Source of the DNA: Okamejei kenojei
Lineage: Eukaryota
Length of the DNA: 64,000 nt
Direction of reading: 5' to 3'
Assembly (NCBI GenBank): GCA_035221665.1
Contig: CM069137.1
Span: 75,144,001 to 75,208,000 of the forward strand
The notes under the pieces were generated by a model. It saw only the letters and a program-made list of their open reading frames with translations, made no database searches and was not told the origin of the DNA. Both the position numbers and the translations under genes were made by a program. Below, in pieces: positions 1 to 13,529 of the stretch; the first letter of the stretch is position 1; each line of letters begins with the position of its first letter.

Positions 1-1233
1 TATAGAAGATGTATAAAGTTTACTCGTAATGAGCTAATAGAAAGTTGTAGGTAGAATCAAATGTGAAAGCTCCCCAGATACAACCAGGCAGGCCTAACGT
101 TCAGCCTCGCGTCTGTTCTAATATTAGCTGAAGCATTCGTTTGACTGAAAAAATGTACTTCTTTTCTTCAATTATCTCTTCGCTAGGTTTGCCTGCATAA
201 AATGTCGCCGACATTTTGTACAACTTGACCAGGTCGACGGTGGAGTTATTATTGATGAAACAATTAGTGTTTATAATACTTTTGCTATTTTTTTTAAATA
301 GAGACTGGATCCTTGGTTCTTGTCGTTTCTAAACCCAGTAACAGAGTCACAGGAATAATTCGACACTAGCATTTTAAAATCATACACATAAGAAAAAGTG
401 TATCAGCATTCGTATCATAAAAAACAAAATATTACATATATTAGACAGACTCTGTCCCCATATTTCAAATGACCAATATAATATTAATCTCCATTATTAT
501 TAGGCAACCACAAAACAATAATACAAATGTTCAGATTCTACCTTATTTACAACAGGAATAGTAAATATTTCTTTCACCTTGGGTCTACCATTGCTCTTTC
601 ACTAAGATAATCAGAACCTCTGCCAGGATATCGTCCAACTTCTACAGAAGGCAACATCTCTCCACGCGATATTCGCCACAAACACTCTTCAAGTAACAGC
701 ATACTTTTACCGCTAGTTAAACGTTGAGCAGCAACTCACTTTAAATGGGTCCACATAATGTTTAAGCAGTATTCGCAAAGTAATGGCCCAGCGCCATGGA
801 TCCACCGTTTCAGCACTAGTTTTACAATGTGAATCTTTAGGCGTTGATAAATAATGAAGGACAATTGCTGCTGAAAAGCAAAACAGTCTTGACATATGCT
901 GAAGCAGCTTCTGCAAGAAAATGGCTTTCTGGGTCAGTAGAAAGCTGAACTTTTGAAAAATTCAATTTTGTTTTTAAAATCAGTGTACTTATACGTAGGA
1001 AAGCTCATGGCAGACTGTTGACAATAATAGCTTTCATTGAACCACAGAATCTATGAATAAATATAGGCCTCACTTCCCAAACACTTAGTTTGCATTGACA
1101 TTCTCTAGGTCAAAATCTGTTAGATCAAAAGTCGCAGCACTTGTGTGGGCAGTTAAAAAAAGAGGTGAATTTTAATCGGGTTTGTTCATCAATAACTCTT
1201 TGGCATTGACCTGTCTGAACGAGTCGAGCAGTA

Positions 1234-1250
1234 AGGTGAAATGCAGGTCA
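1234..1250 (+). promoter_or_regulatory. 5' Hoxd4 retinoic acid response element (DR5: AGGTGA-aatgc-AGGTCA)
   Basis: Two RGKTSA half-sites spaced by 5 nt, ~3.1 kb upstream of the HoxD4 ATG; matches the mammalian Hoxd4 upstream RARE as I recall it (TAAGGTGAAATGCAGGTCACA). Extra inverted half-sites TGACCT (1207-1212) and TGAACG (1216-1221) lie just upstream. Confidence 0.88.
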
Positions 1251-2871
1251 CAGCGTCTAACAAATATTAAAATGTGTAGCACCAATCAGCTTCACAATGT
1301 GCGTTAATTTGATCATTAAAGAGATTTGGCTTTCGGATTATCGGATGATGTAATGATATCTGGTATTTTCTGTGCAAAAAGCCTTTTAAAAGCAGAATTC
1401 ACTGTTGGTGCTTTCGTTGGCGCCATTGGTTGTCGGAAACTGTTTAGCTGTTTTCTTTCCTAAATCACTGGGCTAAATGGAAAAAAAATCGCAGGTAAAT
1501 AAATCAGCGACGTGCTTGGGATTTTTGTTACAAAAGGTAAAATAATTACAGTAACATATTAGTTATTAAACAAAAACTGGATCGTTGATGAAAGAGTAGT
1601 TTAGATTGTTCTGCCATAGATCGCAGCTGAACCGAAACCTTTGTTGTGGGCAGAAAGAACGAAGGATTAAACACGTGAAGGTACAGTTCACAGTTAAAAA
1701 GTTCAGCTTCAGTGCTACATTGAACCAATGCATCTCGGAACATTTAAACACAGTGTTTGTACTGATGAACGCACTTATCCTTTTTCGTTAGCGTGGTTTG
1801 TACAATTGTTCTCAGTCTGTCTCTCGCGTGTGGAGCCTTTTAACTAGAAATGCAAGGACAGGATTGCCCTCAGCTTAGCTGAACAGTTAATTCGAAAAGA
1901 CTCGCGCACTTTGAAAAGGTCATGCATTAGGCTGTGGCTAAAGCGAAAATAATAATGCAACTTTACGATGTGTTTGCAAATGATTTCAGTCTGACCTCAT
2001 GCCCTTCAGCCTTTATCACACAACGTGGTGGCACTACAGGCTCAGAGGGGCCGGCCAGGGAAGGAACCTGTAATGCACTAGGGTTAGAAAACACCTTAGA
2101 TATATTCGAACCAAATGGAATCTAATGAACTGGCAGATTAAATTGTACATTTTACCCATGCATGCGGCTACCCAATTGACTGGAGTTGTAGCCAGATCTT
2201 GAAGCATGCTCTCGGCAGCATTTTTGAACCAGCTTCCAGGAAATGAGAAAGATTAAGAATTAGAACAAACAACCTTCATTTTCCTGGGATGCTCCCATTT
2301 TGTTAAAGTGGCGATGGGTGGAATACGCTCTGGAATAAACCAATATTTGTGTTATCATGTTTAAATTGTATTTGATTAGTTTTAGCGATTGTTTAGATCG
2401 GGCTATGTTTGTTATCAAATCCTGCGGTTTGTTAGTGGTGAGTTCAAATTATTAGCATCTGGAGTAATTATTGATTCACGCTGAGGCACTTAGTTATGTG
2501 AGCTGGAGCGCATCGGTACAAACTGTTTCCTATAAAATCTCTGTGATATACGAAGGATTCAAAAAACATAGCAACAAATAATAACTTATGCCTGTAGACT
2601 GTATGTCGAAACAGGCTCCACACGCTGTTTCACGTTGCTGCCACTGACAAACAATGCAAATATAAATATTTCCTCACTCCTTTTACCAAATTTAAGGGAT
2701 TAGCTTGTAGAATTTTTCAATGGCTAAACCAATACGTAATTTAACAAGAGCTGTGTCTGATTTTAATTTCTTATTTATTAATATTACACGTCATTAATTC
2801 CTTGGGGATCGCAATCCATTGCAGCATTTTAAACTATTTTACCATTGTGTAATTGGTCACCGAATTAGTTT

Positions 2872-2962
2872 GTAACCCGTCGTCTATATATACCCTGTAG
2901 AACCGAATTTGTGTGATGTTTCAGTCACAGATTCGTTTCTAGGGGAGTATATGGTCGATGCC
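2872..2962 (+). ncRNA. mir-10b: miR-10b precursor hairpin (mature 5p 2891-2913; 3p arm ~2927-2948)
   Basis: Exact miR-10b-5p sequence TACCCTGTAGAACCGAATTTGTG at 2891-2913, complementary 3p arm ACAGATTCGTTTCTAGGGGAGT, flanks TCTATATA / TATATGG; canonical position upstream of a Hox4 gene. Confidence 0.97.
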
Positions 2963-4215
2963 AACACTACGAAAATCACCAATTTGCACTTCGTGGCTTT
3001 TACCAAGAATTATTTAGATCTTTAGTAATACTCAATGATTTGGGATGACACTTTAAACAAAATGAAACCCACTCTTCAGTGACGTTTTTTAATTTCCCCG
3101 CTCAGAATTAAATGGCTTATTTCGGTTACCCTATACAAAATAAAATTGATGCAGAATGTGATGATTTAGTAAACATAATCCAGAAAGCAGTCGATTCTAA
3201 CTTCTGTGTTTACTCTCCGGAAATGTATGATTATTGAAACTTAAGTATTTCTTTCTGAATACTATCCGTTTCCATGGCAATGGAGATAACTTATCTGTAA
3301 AGCCGAGCTTTCGATTTTGCACTGCGTTCCACCAATTTAAACCAGATCTGAACTGCATCGAACCAGATAACGTCTTTGGTTAGAACTTACAAACCGAACT
3401 GTGCACATTCCATACAAAATAGTTAGAAATGCGTTACTGCGTTAGTTTTAAATAAAGATAGTAGGTAGTAAAATGTGAGGAGAAGAAGAAAACGAATTGT
3501 CAAGATATTAAAGCAAAAACGCTTGCTCGTGAGGCAAAGTCATCAGATACAAAGCTGGTTAAAACTTATCTTCCACTCTTCAAATCATTGAACTTTCAGA
3601 GCGAAGTGTTTTGACCTTACAATTTCTTTAAGCAACACGTGTAAAGTGCTCTACGTGATCCTGAATGCCTTGTTCTGACTTTATCGGGAGTAGGCCGTGT
3701 TTGACTTTGAACAACTTTGACCAGAAAAACCTTCGTGCATCCGTAATGGCTGTAATTATTCCCCTCAGCTCCGTTATTCATCTTTTTTGGCAAACTGGAT
3801 GTGTCCTTTGTCATCCTGCGTACGTTGGGTTGCCTGCCGTTTCTTCAAGTGCCCTCGCTATTGTTATGCTGCTCTCGGGCGAAAACAACAACAAGAAATG
3901 CGTGCACGCCAAGTACCTGTTCTATCCTTGATTTATATGAAAAGCGACAAGGAATGGTCGAAAATTCTCTTTGAACAAAAGAGCAAATTACCTGAGCAAT
4001 ATTCGAGCGCTCAGTGAATGATCATTATTCTCTCCTAATGGAAACCGCTATTCTATGCATTTTCCGGAAACTATCTCGAATGCTCAGTGGTTGCTGCAAA
4101 AACAATAAAGAGGGTGCGGAATTTATTTTATTTTTCAAATCAAGATTTTGTGGACGAAGTTTGTAAAATTTGTCATTAGCTGTTTCCTTATCCGGGAATC
4201 GGGCCTAGCCCCGTC

Positions 4216-4336
4216 ATTGGCTCGTATAGTCACATGGGTGACTAACTTTATTCAGTTGACAGCAAGTAGGAGGGCTTTATGGAACGGGAAAAAAGACAAC
4301 TCGAGAAAAATTAGTATTTTCCACCTTCAGAAATTA
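4216..4336 (+). promoter_or_regulatory. HoxD4 proximal promoter / conserved PG4 leader (inverted CCAAT 4216-4220, E-box CACATG 4231-4236, ...CAGAAATTA-ATG)
   Basis: Motifs read directly; AACTTTATTCAGTTGACAGCAAGTAGGAGGGC and CAGAAATTAATG are typical of vertebrate Hox4 leaders. Confidence 0.7.
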
Positions 4337-4748
4337 ATGACCATGAGTTCGTTTTTGGTGAATTCTAAATATGTGGATCCCAAATTTCCTCCTTGCGAGG
4401 AATACTCGCAAAATAACTACATACCTGACCACTGCTCAGAGTATTACAGCCAGCCGCAGGACATTGATTTTCAGCACCAAGGAGTCTATCCACGGTCAAA
4501 CTACAGCGGCCAGTCGTACAGCTGCAGCAACGCTCGGGGCTCTCCGGTGCAGCAGAGGGGTCATGTGCAGGCACAGCCCGCTCCTCAGAACCACCTCTCA
4601 GCCCAGGGGGAGCCCGTTGCACCGCTCCAAGTGTCCATAGCCCGGCCTTGCAACCAGCAGCAACACAATACAAAGAATCAAAACGGCACAGCAACCAAAC
4701 AGCCAGCGGTGGTTTATCCTTGGATGAAGAAAATCCACGTTAACACGG
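4337..4748 (+). CDS. hoxd4: Homeobox protein Hox-D4, coding exon 1
   Basis: [24 protein letters not shown]-terminus (PG4 signature), hexapeptide VYPWMKK, phase-1 donor ACGG|GTAAGG at 4748/4749. Joined to exon 2 gives 240 aa. Confidence 0.96.
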
Positions 4749-4920
4749 GTAAGGTCCACTTTTTAGTCCCCCGCCCCCCCCCCCCCCCTCCCCACCCTCC
4801 TCACCACCCCCACCCCCTCCGCCATCGCCACCCTAGCAAATATTTGTGACCCATTGGTATCGATCTACCGTAAATAACTCCTTCAAAGGAGGATTTATGA
4901 GCGGTTTTTAAAAAGACCGG

Positions 4921-4950
4921 CAATTACACCCATCATAAATTTTTATTGCT
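4921..4950 (+). promoter_or_regulatory. HB-1-like homeodomain/Cdx site cluster in HoxD4 intron (CAATTAC...CATAAATTTTTATTG)
   Basis: ATTA core plus opposed ATAAA/TTTAT cores, resembling the conserved HB-1 element of Hox4 introns. Confidence 0.75.
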
Positions 4951-5198
4951 TAGGAAATAGGCCGCTGGCCATGTGGCTGGGTGCATGTGAAAACTCGAGC
5001 CTAGGAGTAACAGGGACATGTTATATCTCTGTTTCGCCAACAACTTTAAGGTGATCCTTGACAATAGTAGATATTTGGACTTTTTAACCGAGCCAGTGCG
5101 GGAGGGGTGCAATGTGCGTGAGGACTGCGGAATGGAGGCGGCTAACAAAGTTTATTAGCAGATTTGAATGCCTTTTTTTGAATTGTTTTGTTTTTCAG

Positions 5199-5509
5199 TG
5201 AATCCTAATTACACTGGAGGGGAACCCAAACGTTCACGAACTGCCTACACAAGGCAGCAGGTCTTAGAACTGGAGAAGGAATTCCATTTTAACAGGTATC
5301 TGACAAGACGACGTCGTATTGAAATAGCCCACACGTTGTGTCTTTCCGAACGCCAGATCAAAATTTGGTTTCAGAACCGAAGGATGAAGTGGAAAAAGGA
5401 TCACAAATTGCCGAACACTAAGACCAGATCGTCCAGTTCTTCTTCTGCTTCCAGTCAACAGTCACAAACTGTTTCCAAGGACCAACAAACAGACCTCACA
5501 AGTTTATAG
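5199..5509 (+). CDS. hoxd4: Homeobox protein Hox-D4, coding exon 2 (homeodomain)
   Basis: Acceptor tttttcag|TG at 5198/5199; [75 protein letters not shown]; stop TAG 5507-5509; candidate polyA signal AATAAA 6273-6278. Confidence 0.97.
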
Positions 5510-7935
5510 AACAACACCTCATAAGTGGTTCTCTGTGTATATAATGAGACATTTCCAAGCAGAAATTGCATGTACCGATAACATGGCTTGTAGGTGCTTT
5601 CTTGGTGCTTTTTTTCCGGGCATTGAAGCAACCTTATCATATACAGTCACCTTGTTCTTAAATCTAGGAAATGAGACCAAAAGGGTAATGTTATCTGAGC
5701 TCCAATAGAAACGGTTGCGACTCTAGTAAGTAGTTGTTCTTGCCATACAATACATCTTAGTAACCTCAGTAAGTGCAAGGTACTAGGTCATGGAGACATG
5801 ATGAGCTATACGGTCCAGGAAGGTACATGTATAGTCTGCTAGCATGAAATTGAAAGGCTGCGACGCTTGTTCATGGTCTTTTTTATTTTATAATGAAGGC
5901 ACAGCGATTTGATGTGGTAATTTCTTATTTCCACGGCTATTTTGCTCGTAATGTGTATTTTTGCGACCCCATCTCTTTGTGTATATTGTGTTGATATTCG
6001 AGATTTATAGTGATCAGGAATTAGACAGTGTTTTGTGGTTTCTTTATTTAAAATATGAAAATGGTATTTGTATTGTGCTGCTGAATGGATTATTGTTACA
6101 ATGCAAGATTGCATACATTTTTATGTTCAAGAATGATACCAAAATTCGTACGCACTACTAAAGTTCGAAAATAAATTAGTAGTAACAAGATGAAGCGCGT
6201 GAGTAGTTTTCCTTTTTGGTATCTGTTTGTGTTCTTGTACACCACTACAGCTGGCGTTGCGACGCTGTCGTGAATAAATGCCACGAAAAGAGCCACTGCA
6301 CACCCTTTTTTCAGTAAGAAAGGAAAGTGCCAAAATAACTGTGATCAATATCAAATACCCACAGCAGCAACCAATGTTGCTCCGTGCGAGATTTCTGACG
6401 GATAAAAGTGCTAAGTGGAATATTGCAGCAGTACTTTGTGTTCAAGGCGCTTGTTAAACTCTGTTTCTCGGTTTGTTGGTTGATAAATGAGTAAGCTGGT
6501 TACACCAATCTGTGAACGTTTAGTATTACAAGTGGGAATGTGTTTCCTTTCGATTTTTTCCAGGACGGATGAGCGAACAACAATACGACAAGGTACACAG
6601 TTTAGAACCAGCAAACGGGCTGCACAGAGGATATTTTGTTTTGTAAAGATCCCTGTTCGTTTTCCCAATCTATTAATCTGCAGAGGCACATGGGTGGTTG
6701 ATTTAGAGGGGCAAATACAATAGCCGAGAACCTCCTCAATTGGGGAATTTACACCTAAACACAAATGGCTGGAGATTCTTGTTTCTGCTTGTTAGACGGA
6801 AGCGAATGTTATGAAACGAGTTTTAACTTCCTGAAATATAAGATTCCGTGTCCCGTGCCAACATTCGCACGATATCAATCAGTGGCACGCTGGGATGTAA
6901 TCGAGATTTCGCACTTAGTTCCTTTATGTAATGCCTTAAAACAGCCATTCATAGCATGATTTCCAGATGTTTTAAACAGAATAAAGTATCGGCTGCTTTA
7001 CGCAGGAAATGCTCACTAGGTGTTTTAATGTTCCTACTTGCTGCTTCGATTACGCTGTAACCCTTGAACTGAAAGCGTGTATCAATTAAACCTAGAGTTT
7101 CTAGGAATATTTAATGTAAGTTTTTGAGGAAACATGCAATCGTTGGATGGCCATTCCACATAAAAGGGCAGTTAGTTGTGATTTGTGATAGACTTGAAAG
7201 TAAAGATAGGGGATCTGTGAGTACAATTGAAGGACATTTCCTCATACTTTGCTTTAAATTGCGGTCAAAATAGGTGAATTAAATTTAGGTTATTTCATGT
7301 ATTTTACCCTGAAACGTTGGGATTATATTAAAAGATGTCGAGTTTCCGCTATATTGCCTCATATTTCTGAAGCTATTGGCAGAAATGTATACAAAGGGAT
7401 AAAGTCCGATAGGGTTCGTGTTATTGTGCTATGTCCTCTTCCAAAAGGAGACACAAGTCAAAAGAGCGCTCAGCAAACCATCCTTCGCAACCACACCGCA
7501 ATTTTAATAAGTAACCAAATATCCGCCAAGATGCAAAAGCAAGAAAAAATATTTGCTCAGAATTTCTTCTTCAATCAGATTTTGTAGCATTCAACAACAA
7601 AAGAAAGTTGGCGATGCCGCTGCTTTCCTGTCCCTTCCCTGCCCGGCAAGCTTGCAGCTGGCTTAGCTGGACATGGTCTGTTTGAAAAGGCGAATTCCTT
7701 GATTCTTTTGTTCTTTATAGGGTAAGCCGTGTAGTTCTCAGACTTGCACATGACATTACTATAATATATCTACGTCTTGATATTATAAATGAGTGATATT
7801 CTCTATTCCATTTAAATCATTGTTTCCATTTCAAAATCCTACGGTTCACGCGTAGCAAAGATGTCCTTTTCTGACGCCTTCATGTTGAGAAGCTGAAAAG
7901 GTATTTTACTGAAGTTCGGCTAAACTGTAGAAACA

Positions 7936-8012
7936 GGTTCAGCAAGAGGACAAATTTTCTATTCGATTAGCTGTATTTCAGCCTGGAGGACTGACCTCTA
8001 AACCCTTGACCT
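7936..8012 (+). promoter_or_regulatory. Hoxd4 3' neural enhancer RAREs: DR5 GGTTCA-gcaag-AGGACA (7936-7952) plus minus-strand DR2/DR1 AGGTCA-ag-GGTTTA-g-AGGTCA (7992-8012)
   Basis: Half-sites read directly ~2.4 kb 3' of the HoxD4 stop; GGTTCA-N5-AGGACA is the known form of the Hox4 3' neural RARE. Confidence 0.82.
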
Positions 8013-9540
8013 TTTGGACTCAATCCTACCCTTTGCCTTTTCTATCAGTTTTAACACAGACACGATCGAGTTAAAGCAAAGTGAAATAAGTTCTCACGAT
8101 GAACTATTCCAATTTCTGCAACTGGTAAAGTGTGCATCCATTCAATGGAAGTGCGGGTTGCCCTTGATGCCCGGTTCCAGCAAATTCCACGTTTCTTTGG
8201 TCTTCAGACCTTTACAAAACTGATATTTTAGCTTTTGATTTCACATTGTCCCTGACGAGGATTTTAGAAGCAGCTGATTCATTTGGTTTCAATATTCGCT
8301 TGATTCCTTTTCTTTCCTTGAAGAATAAACCAAGTGATCATAAATCAATCCATATATTTACCATATATTGCATCCGAGATCAGCAGAACATCCATTCTGT
8401 GCAGAGTGGCAAGGAAAAAAAGCCATCTCGGCGCATTCATTTGCCGGCATAAAATACTCGGAATCGTGTTATAACATTTGTATCGAACATAGTTTATCAA
8501 TTCAGTCTATTAACACAACCTAAATCCTATGACAAATTACATAGGAGAAAAACAAACAAAACAAAAACAGAATGAAACGAGAGTCACGCATTGCAAATAA
8601 TTCTACTCTCAACCACAATCGCATCCCCATAATGGATAAAAGTCCGCATAATTTCGTCATTATTCAATTTTTAATTACAGAAGACACGTTTTTGACACGG
8701 AGTGGACACACATCCTATTGTGTTGGTGCTTCGGACTGATTCGTGTTAATGCTAATATATATCAACTCGCTCCAAAAACCTTAACTTATTCCCCTCCCCC
8801 ACCCAAAAAAAAACCCATCTCCCTCCATGAAAATTGAATACAATAGGTCCAGCCAGGTAAAATGAAATTAAAAGTATTTTCGTAAAGCAGTCTGGTCACT
8901 GACACTGAGATCCAATGAATGTGAGCAACCCAAAATGAGCAGTAATTAATCAACTGTATATATTGTATTTTCCTTTTTTCCCCATCTATAATGCTTAAGT
9001 ATATTTGTTAAGAGTAGCCCCAAGCAGCATATCCTTACACTTTCGTGCAACACCTAACCCCTTGAAAAGTAGCTCACTTTTAACTGGAGTCAGCACCAAG
9101 GTCAATTGATAATGTCTCACCTTCATTTAAGTATGTAATTTGTCGATATTTAACCCATCCAGCCATGCATATTAGTGCATGCACTGGCTACAATTTATAA
9201 TTCAAAAGAGTTAAATTCAAAGACTTAATTATTTCAGCTTCTTTCACTGTATCATGTGTCAGATAAATACCTGGTACTCAAACGTAAGACGTATAGAACA
9301 TAAAAGTCAACAACATTATGATTTCTGAACTGTTGTATCATTCAAAATTCATAACGTCAGATGTGATATCAATCACAATCAATCAAATAACATATTTATA
9401 TCAATGACTGCACAGCACAGCACAGCTCCCATAACCACATTTTAACCTATATAAAGGCTTGCGTTTGTATGTATGTATATTTCTGTGTAGGAACATATTT
9501 TTATACACAGTCATACATGTACATCTGTAAGTACATGCGA

Positions 9541-9676
9541 NNNNNNNNNNNNNNNNNNNNNNNNNNNNNNNNNNNNNNNNNNNNNNNNNNNNNNNNNNNN
9601 NNNNNNNNNNNNNNNNNNNNNNNNNNNNNNNNNNNNNNNNNNNNNNNNNNNNNNNNNNNNNNNNNNNNNNNNNNNN
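9541..9676. other. Assembly gap (N run) flanked by TA/TG-rich simple repeats
   Basis: Run of n characters. Confidence 0.99.
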
Positions 9677-12600
9677 GACTATATATGCGTGGCTATGTGA
9701 TGATCTGTAGGTGTGTTTAATGCATTCATATATATATATATATATATATGTTTATGGGCATCAAAGAGCTAAATGCATGGATAAACTCCACCACCTTTGA
9801 TTAGTTTACTTCCTCAAATAGGCAAACGTCTTAAAATGTAGTTTAATTGGACAAACCTTTAACAAACCAAAAGCAGGGAATGTCCAATGTCTTTTTATTG
9901 TTATAAGTACTCCGCTGGTTGCTTCGATTCTAGTCTGGAGCAAGAAACAGCTGAAAGGAAGGCAAAGAGTCAATTCGACCATGCCATAGGCTGGTCATTC
10001 AAAGTGGGACAAAGCTGATGCAGCCCATCGCTTCTAAACAGCCATATTTGTTGGTCTTTCCTTTTAGAATTATAAAATAGGTTTCCCAATCTGATGTTGC
10101 TCTGATGATAAAGACTTTTGCATTTTTGTGCTTATGCCCGTGAGAGGTGGTAAGATTTTATGTATCCCTTTTATATTTGATTCGGCCACGTGATTTACTA
10201 AATAATTAATGCAGTACGTCCCGAAAGAAACACGGCGTCGTCATTAATCGGCCAAGCAAAGGACTCTATCACACTTGAAAAGTGAACAGATCCCAAGAAT
10301 ATTATATACAAATGGTCCGCTATCAGACTTTGCTGTTGTAGTTCGTTGCCAGAAACTGAAAAATGGAAGCTTGGTAGGTAAACAATTTTAGTTTTGTTTC
10401 TGGTAAGATAGCAAATGAATGTAACTGTCATATATATTTGATGAATAGCGCCCTTTGCTTCTTACTATGTGCTACCAGGCGACAGTCATAAGTTGCAGTA
10501 GGCTGATATACTGACCTTCTATTCGGATTAGGTTTAACATTTTGGAGCAACTATGATAAACTTCAGGTGCAAAATAAATGTATCTGCTATATCTTGGAGG
10601 TGGGAGGTAAACATTAGTAAGACTGCGGTGGGATTATTATTAAGGCGTAGTTTTGTGTCATGAAATGGCGTAGATTACGGTTTAGTTGCGCTTTATTGCA
10701 AACAATGCCGGCTGTCATGGCATCTGCTGCCTATTTGTACACAGCGAAGTAGAGGCCTGAGCTGATATTGAATACCACGAGTCATATATTTTGTGTTCTT
10801 TGAGACGTAATGGAAGACTGTAAATGAGATTCAGCGAGAACAATTGCAGGTACTTACGTCAACAGAAAATATATTCATGGCCATTTCATGCCTTATATTT
10901 TAGTCGATGCGTTGCTTTAAAAAATGAAACAAATGTTTCCTTTGAACCTACTGGTTTGCTTTTACAGTTAATTAGTATTTATTTCTTAGACTTGTGGACT
11001 AAAGGAGTATTCACAAAACTATAATTGTGCGCTAGACTCATTTAAAGAATAAATGGGAGTGATTGATATCCTGAATAAGAACAATCATGGGTGCATTTTA
11101 TAAGGTAATAAATTAACACAATTCTGATTTTCTGAATCTATGTGAGTGCGAGGAACTGCATTAAAGTATGCTTTATATATATTATAAATCATGTATGCAG
11201 CAATGTACAAGTCTGATCTGGCTCTTTATTCTAAGCTTTTCTTTTCCACACAGTCACATGCAATCATTTTATAATTAGGGTGCAGATTAAAAGTGTGTTA
11301 TCAGTAAACATTTTCTGTTACAACACCGAGCAGAAATGTTAAACTTGCTCTGAAGTAAAGGGAAAGGAATCTGCAAACCGTGTCACCATAATCAGCAGCG
11401 AAAGTATTCGTAACATACCAATAAATATTCTTCAATAACTGTAAATTACGCTGTTGGGTTTAGAGGCATGCTTTGACAGCGCCGTTCCTCCACCTCTCTC
11501 TAAAGGTGTAATTAAACTGTATAAATTGCCGTGGCAAATACACATGTCTTTGAAAAAGGATTTTATTAAATTGATTGGAGATATTTTAACAATATGAACC
11601 GCCGCACTTATTGCTTCCGTTCCTTTTGTCATATCGTACTTCTGGAAATTGAATTTGTGCTGTCGTCACGTGTGTAAAGTCGACGTTCGTTTCCTTTTTA
11701 AATAAATTATGCATTAAAACAATAACCTATTAATTCAGTTATTCGCCGATGACAAATCTGCGGTTGTGAAGCCAAGTTGTTTTTTTTAAACGCACTGCAA
11801 CTCAGTATACCCTGCCCTTAAATTCTGATCCAGCAAAGAACCAGGCAGACAAGAATCAATGAAAACGGTTTAATTACAACTTTTTCATTAAATCGAAATA
11901 AAGTATTATGGTGTGGAGGGTCAACAACTTCCAACCCCGTTATAAATCACGTCGTAATTCCTGAAAGGGCGCAAGGCTGCCGAGGCCAGGCGAAGATTGT
12001 AAATCTCTCCATTTTATTGCTCTATGAACATATGCTGTGATCGAAGACGTCTTCGAACCCCCGTTTGATTATATTCCTCGTAAAGCCCGGTTCTCACAGT
12101 GGCAAGCATTAGCACTTAGTTGTTTTTTCTCTCTTAAGTCTCCTCATAAAATTATCAGCGAAGGCATAAAATGGTCTATTTACATTTGTGGGGTCGAACA
12201 TAATAAAACAGGAGCTATTTCCCAAGACCCAAGTATTGTTAACGGTATTAAGGTTTAATTTTCTTCACAAATTCACATAGCATAGTCTTCATTTTATGAA
12301 CGGGGGTCAGAAGATAAAGAATGGAACTTGCTCAGCAGTGTTTTGGTGGAGGAAAGTGATTCTTTAGCTAAACAGTGAGATGTAACCGTTTTATTTCCTT
12401 TTAAATAATTTATAACGCAGTAATTGCAAAGCAATATTTCTATAACGACCATATAGAGCCACAGAGGGTAAAGTAATTTAGATAAATGTTGCGTTAAGCC
12501 AGCGCAAGGTGCAATAAGGTCATGCATTACTGTCAATAGAAATGTTTTTTATTGCGATTAAATTACAGACAAATGTTTTGGAGGTTAAAATAGTTTCTCA

Positions 12601-13529
12601 TAGCATTTAACAGAAATATTAAGCAGTTCGATAAAATGCAACTGAAAATTAATATTCCAGAACTAAGAACATTATAATTCAACAAAACAATTGCAGGAGG
12701 GAAAATACAAAATAAGATCAGAAGCTGAATGAATCATTTCCAGCGCTCAGTTCCCACCGGCTCCTGTGGTTTAAAATGCCTCGCCTGAAAGAGAAAGGGA
12801 ACATTCCCGCATTAGTTCTTGGTCTACCGACATCAATTTCACCATATAAATCTCCAGTTCAGAACGATGATTCATTTGTTCACCCCGGAAAGAAAGTAGC
12901 TGAGAATGAACGAGAAAATCTTATCTATTCGTAGCTTTATATTTTTAAGTATCTTCTCAACTGCTTCATTGCCTATCCCGGATAAATAGGAAATCCCTAT
13001 TGCTTTCCCGGACTGTTGTGAACTCTTCACAATACTTGTCCAAACATTAGCTTATTTTGCCGCCATTGCTGAATTTATCATTCCATGCTCATGTCTCGAG
13101 ACCAATTTAAAACATTGATTTAAAAAAAAATCTGAAATATTTCACACTGAGACAAATAATTTATTTCAATGCTTTGCCTCGGTTACATTTATTTACGAAA
13201 TCTGATCGGACAAAAAAATATCCTTTTTATAGTTGAAGAAAGCAATGCAATAATTAGCTAAATGCGCCGGGAAGAAATAATGATGTACAATATATAGCCC
13301 CCGAGACGGCGAACTAGCAATAACATACAAATCTATTGTTCATTTTGGTAAACGTGCTACCGCTCGGAAAAACGATGCCGGTGAAGGTCTAACTATACTA
13401 TCCTGTTTCAAGTAAGGGTCAAAATATCATTTTTTTCATTTAACTCCCCATTAGTGTTCATGGAAGAAGTGACTCAAAGCTCCTAACTATCCATATTAAA
13501 GAGATGATAGTGAGGTAACGCTGGCTTAA

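Noticed and set aside
1-700. HoxD5 3' end
   Set aside because: Expected upstream by synteny, but no coding sequence or diagnostic motif is visible in the window.
4148-4849. ORF-track starts and ends for Hox exons (4148, 22636, 28602, 29235, 38065 etc.)
   Set aside because: These ORFs use non-ATG or intronic starts and run into introns; true boundaries were set from conserved N-termini and splice sites.
10444-10486. Possible CTCF motifs (reverse GAAGCAAAGGGCGCTA; CTACCAGGCGACAG)
   Set aside because: Mismatches at core positions; cannot be supported without PWM scoring or ChIP.
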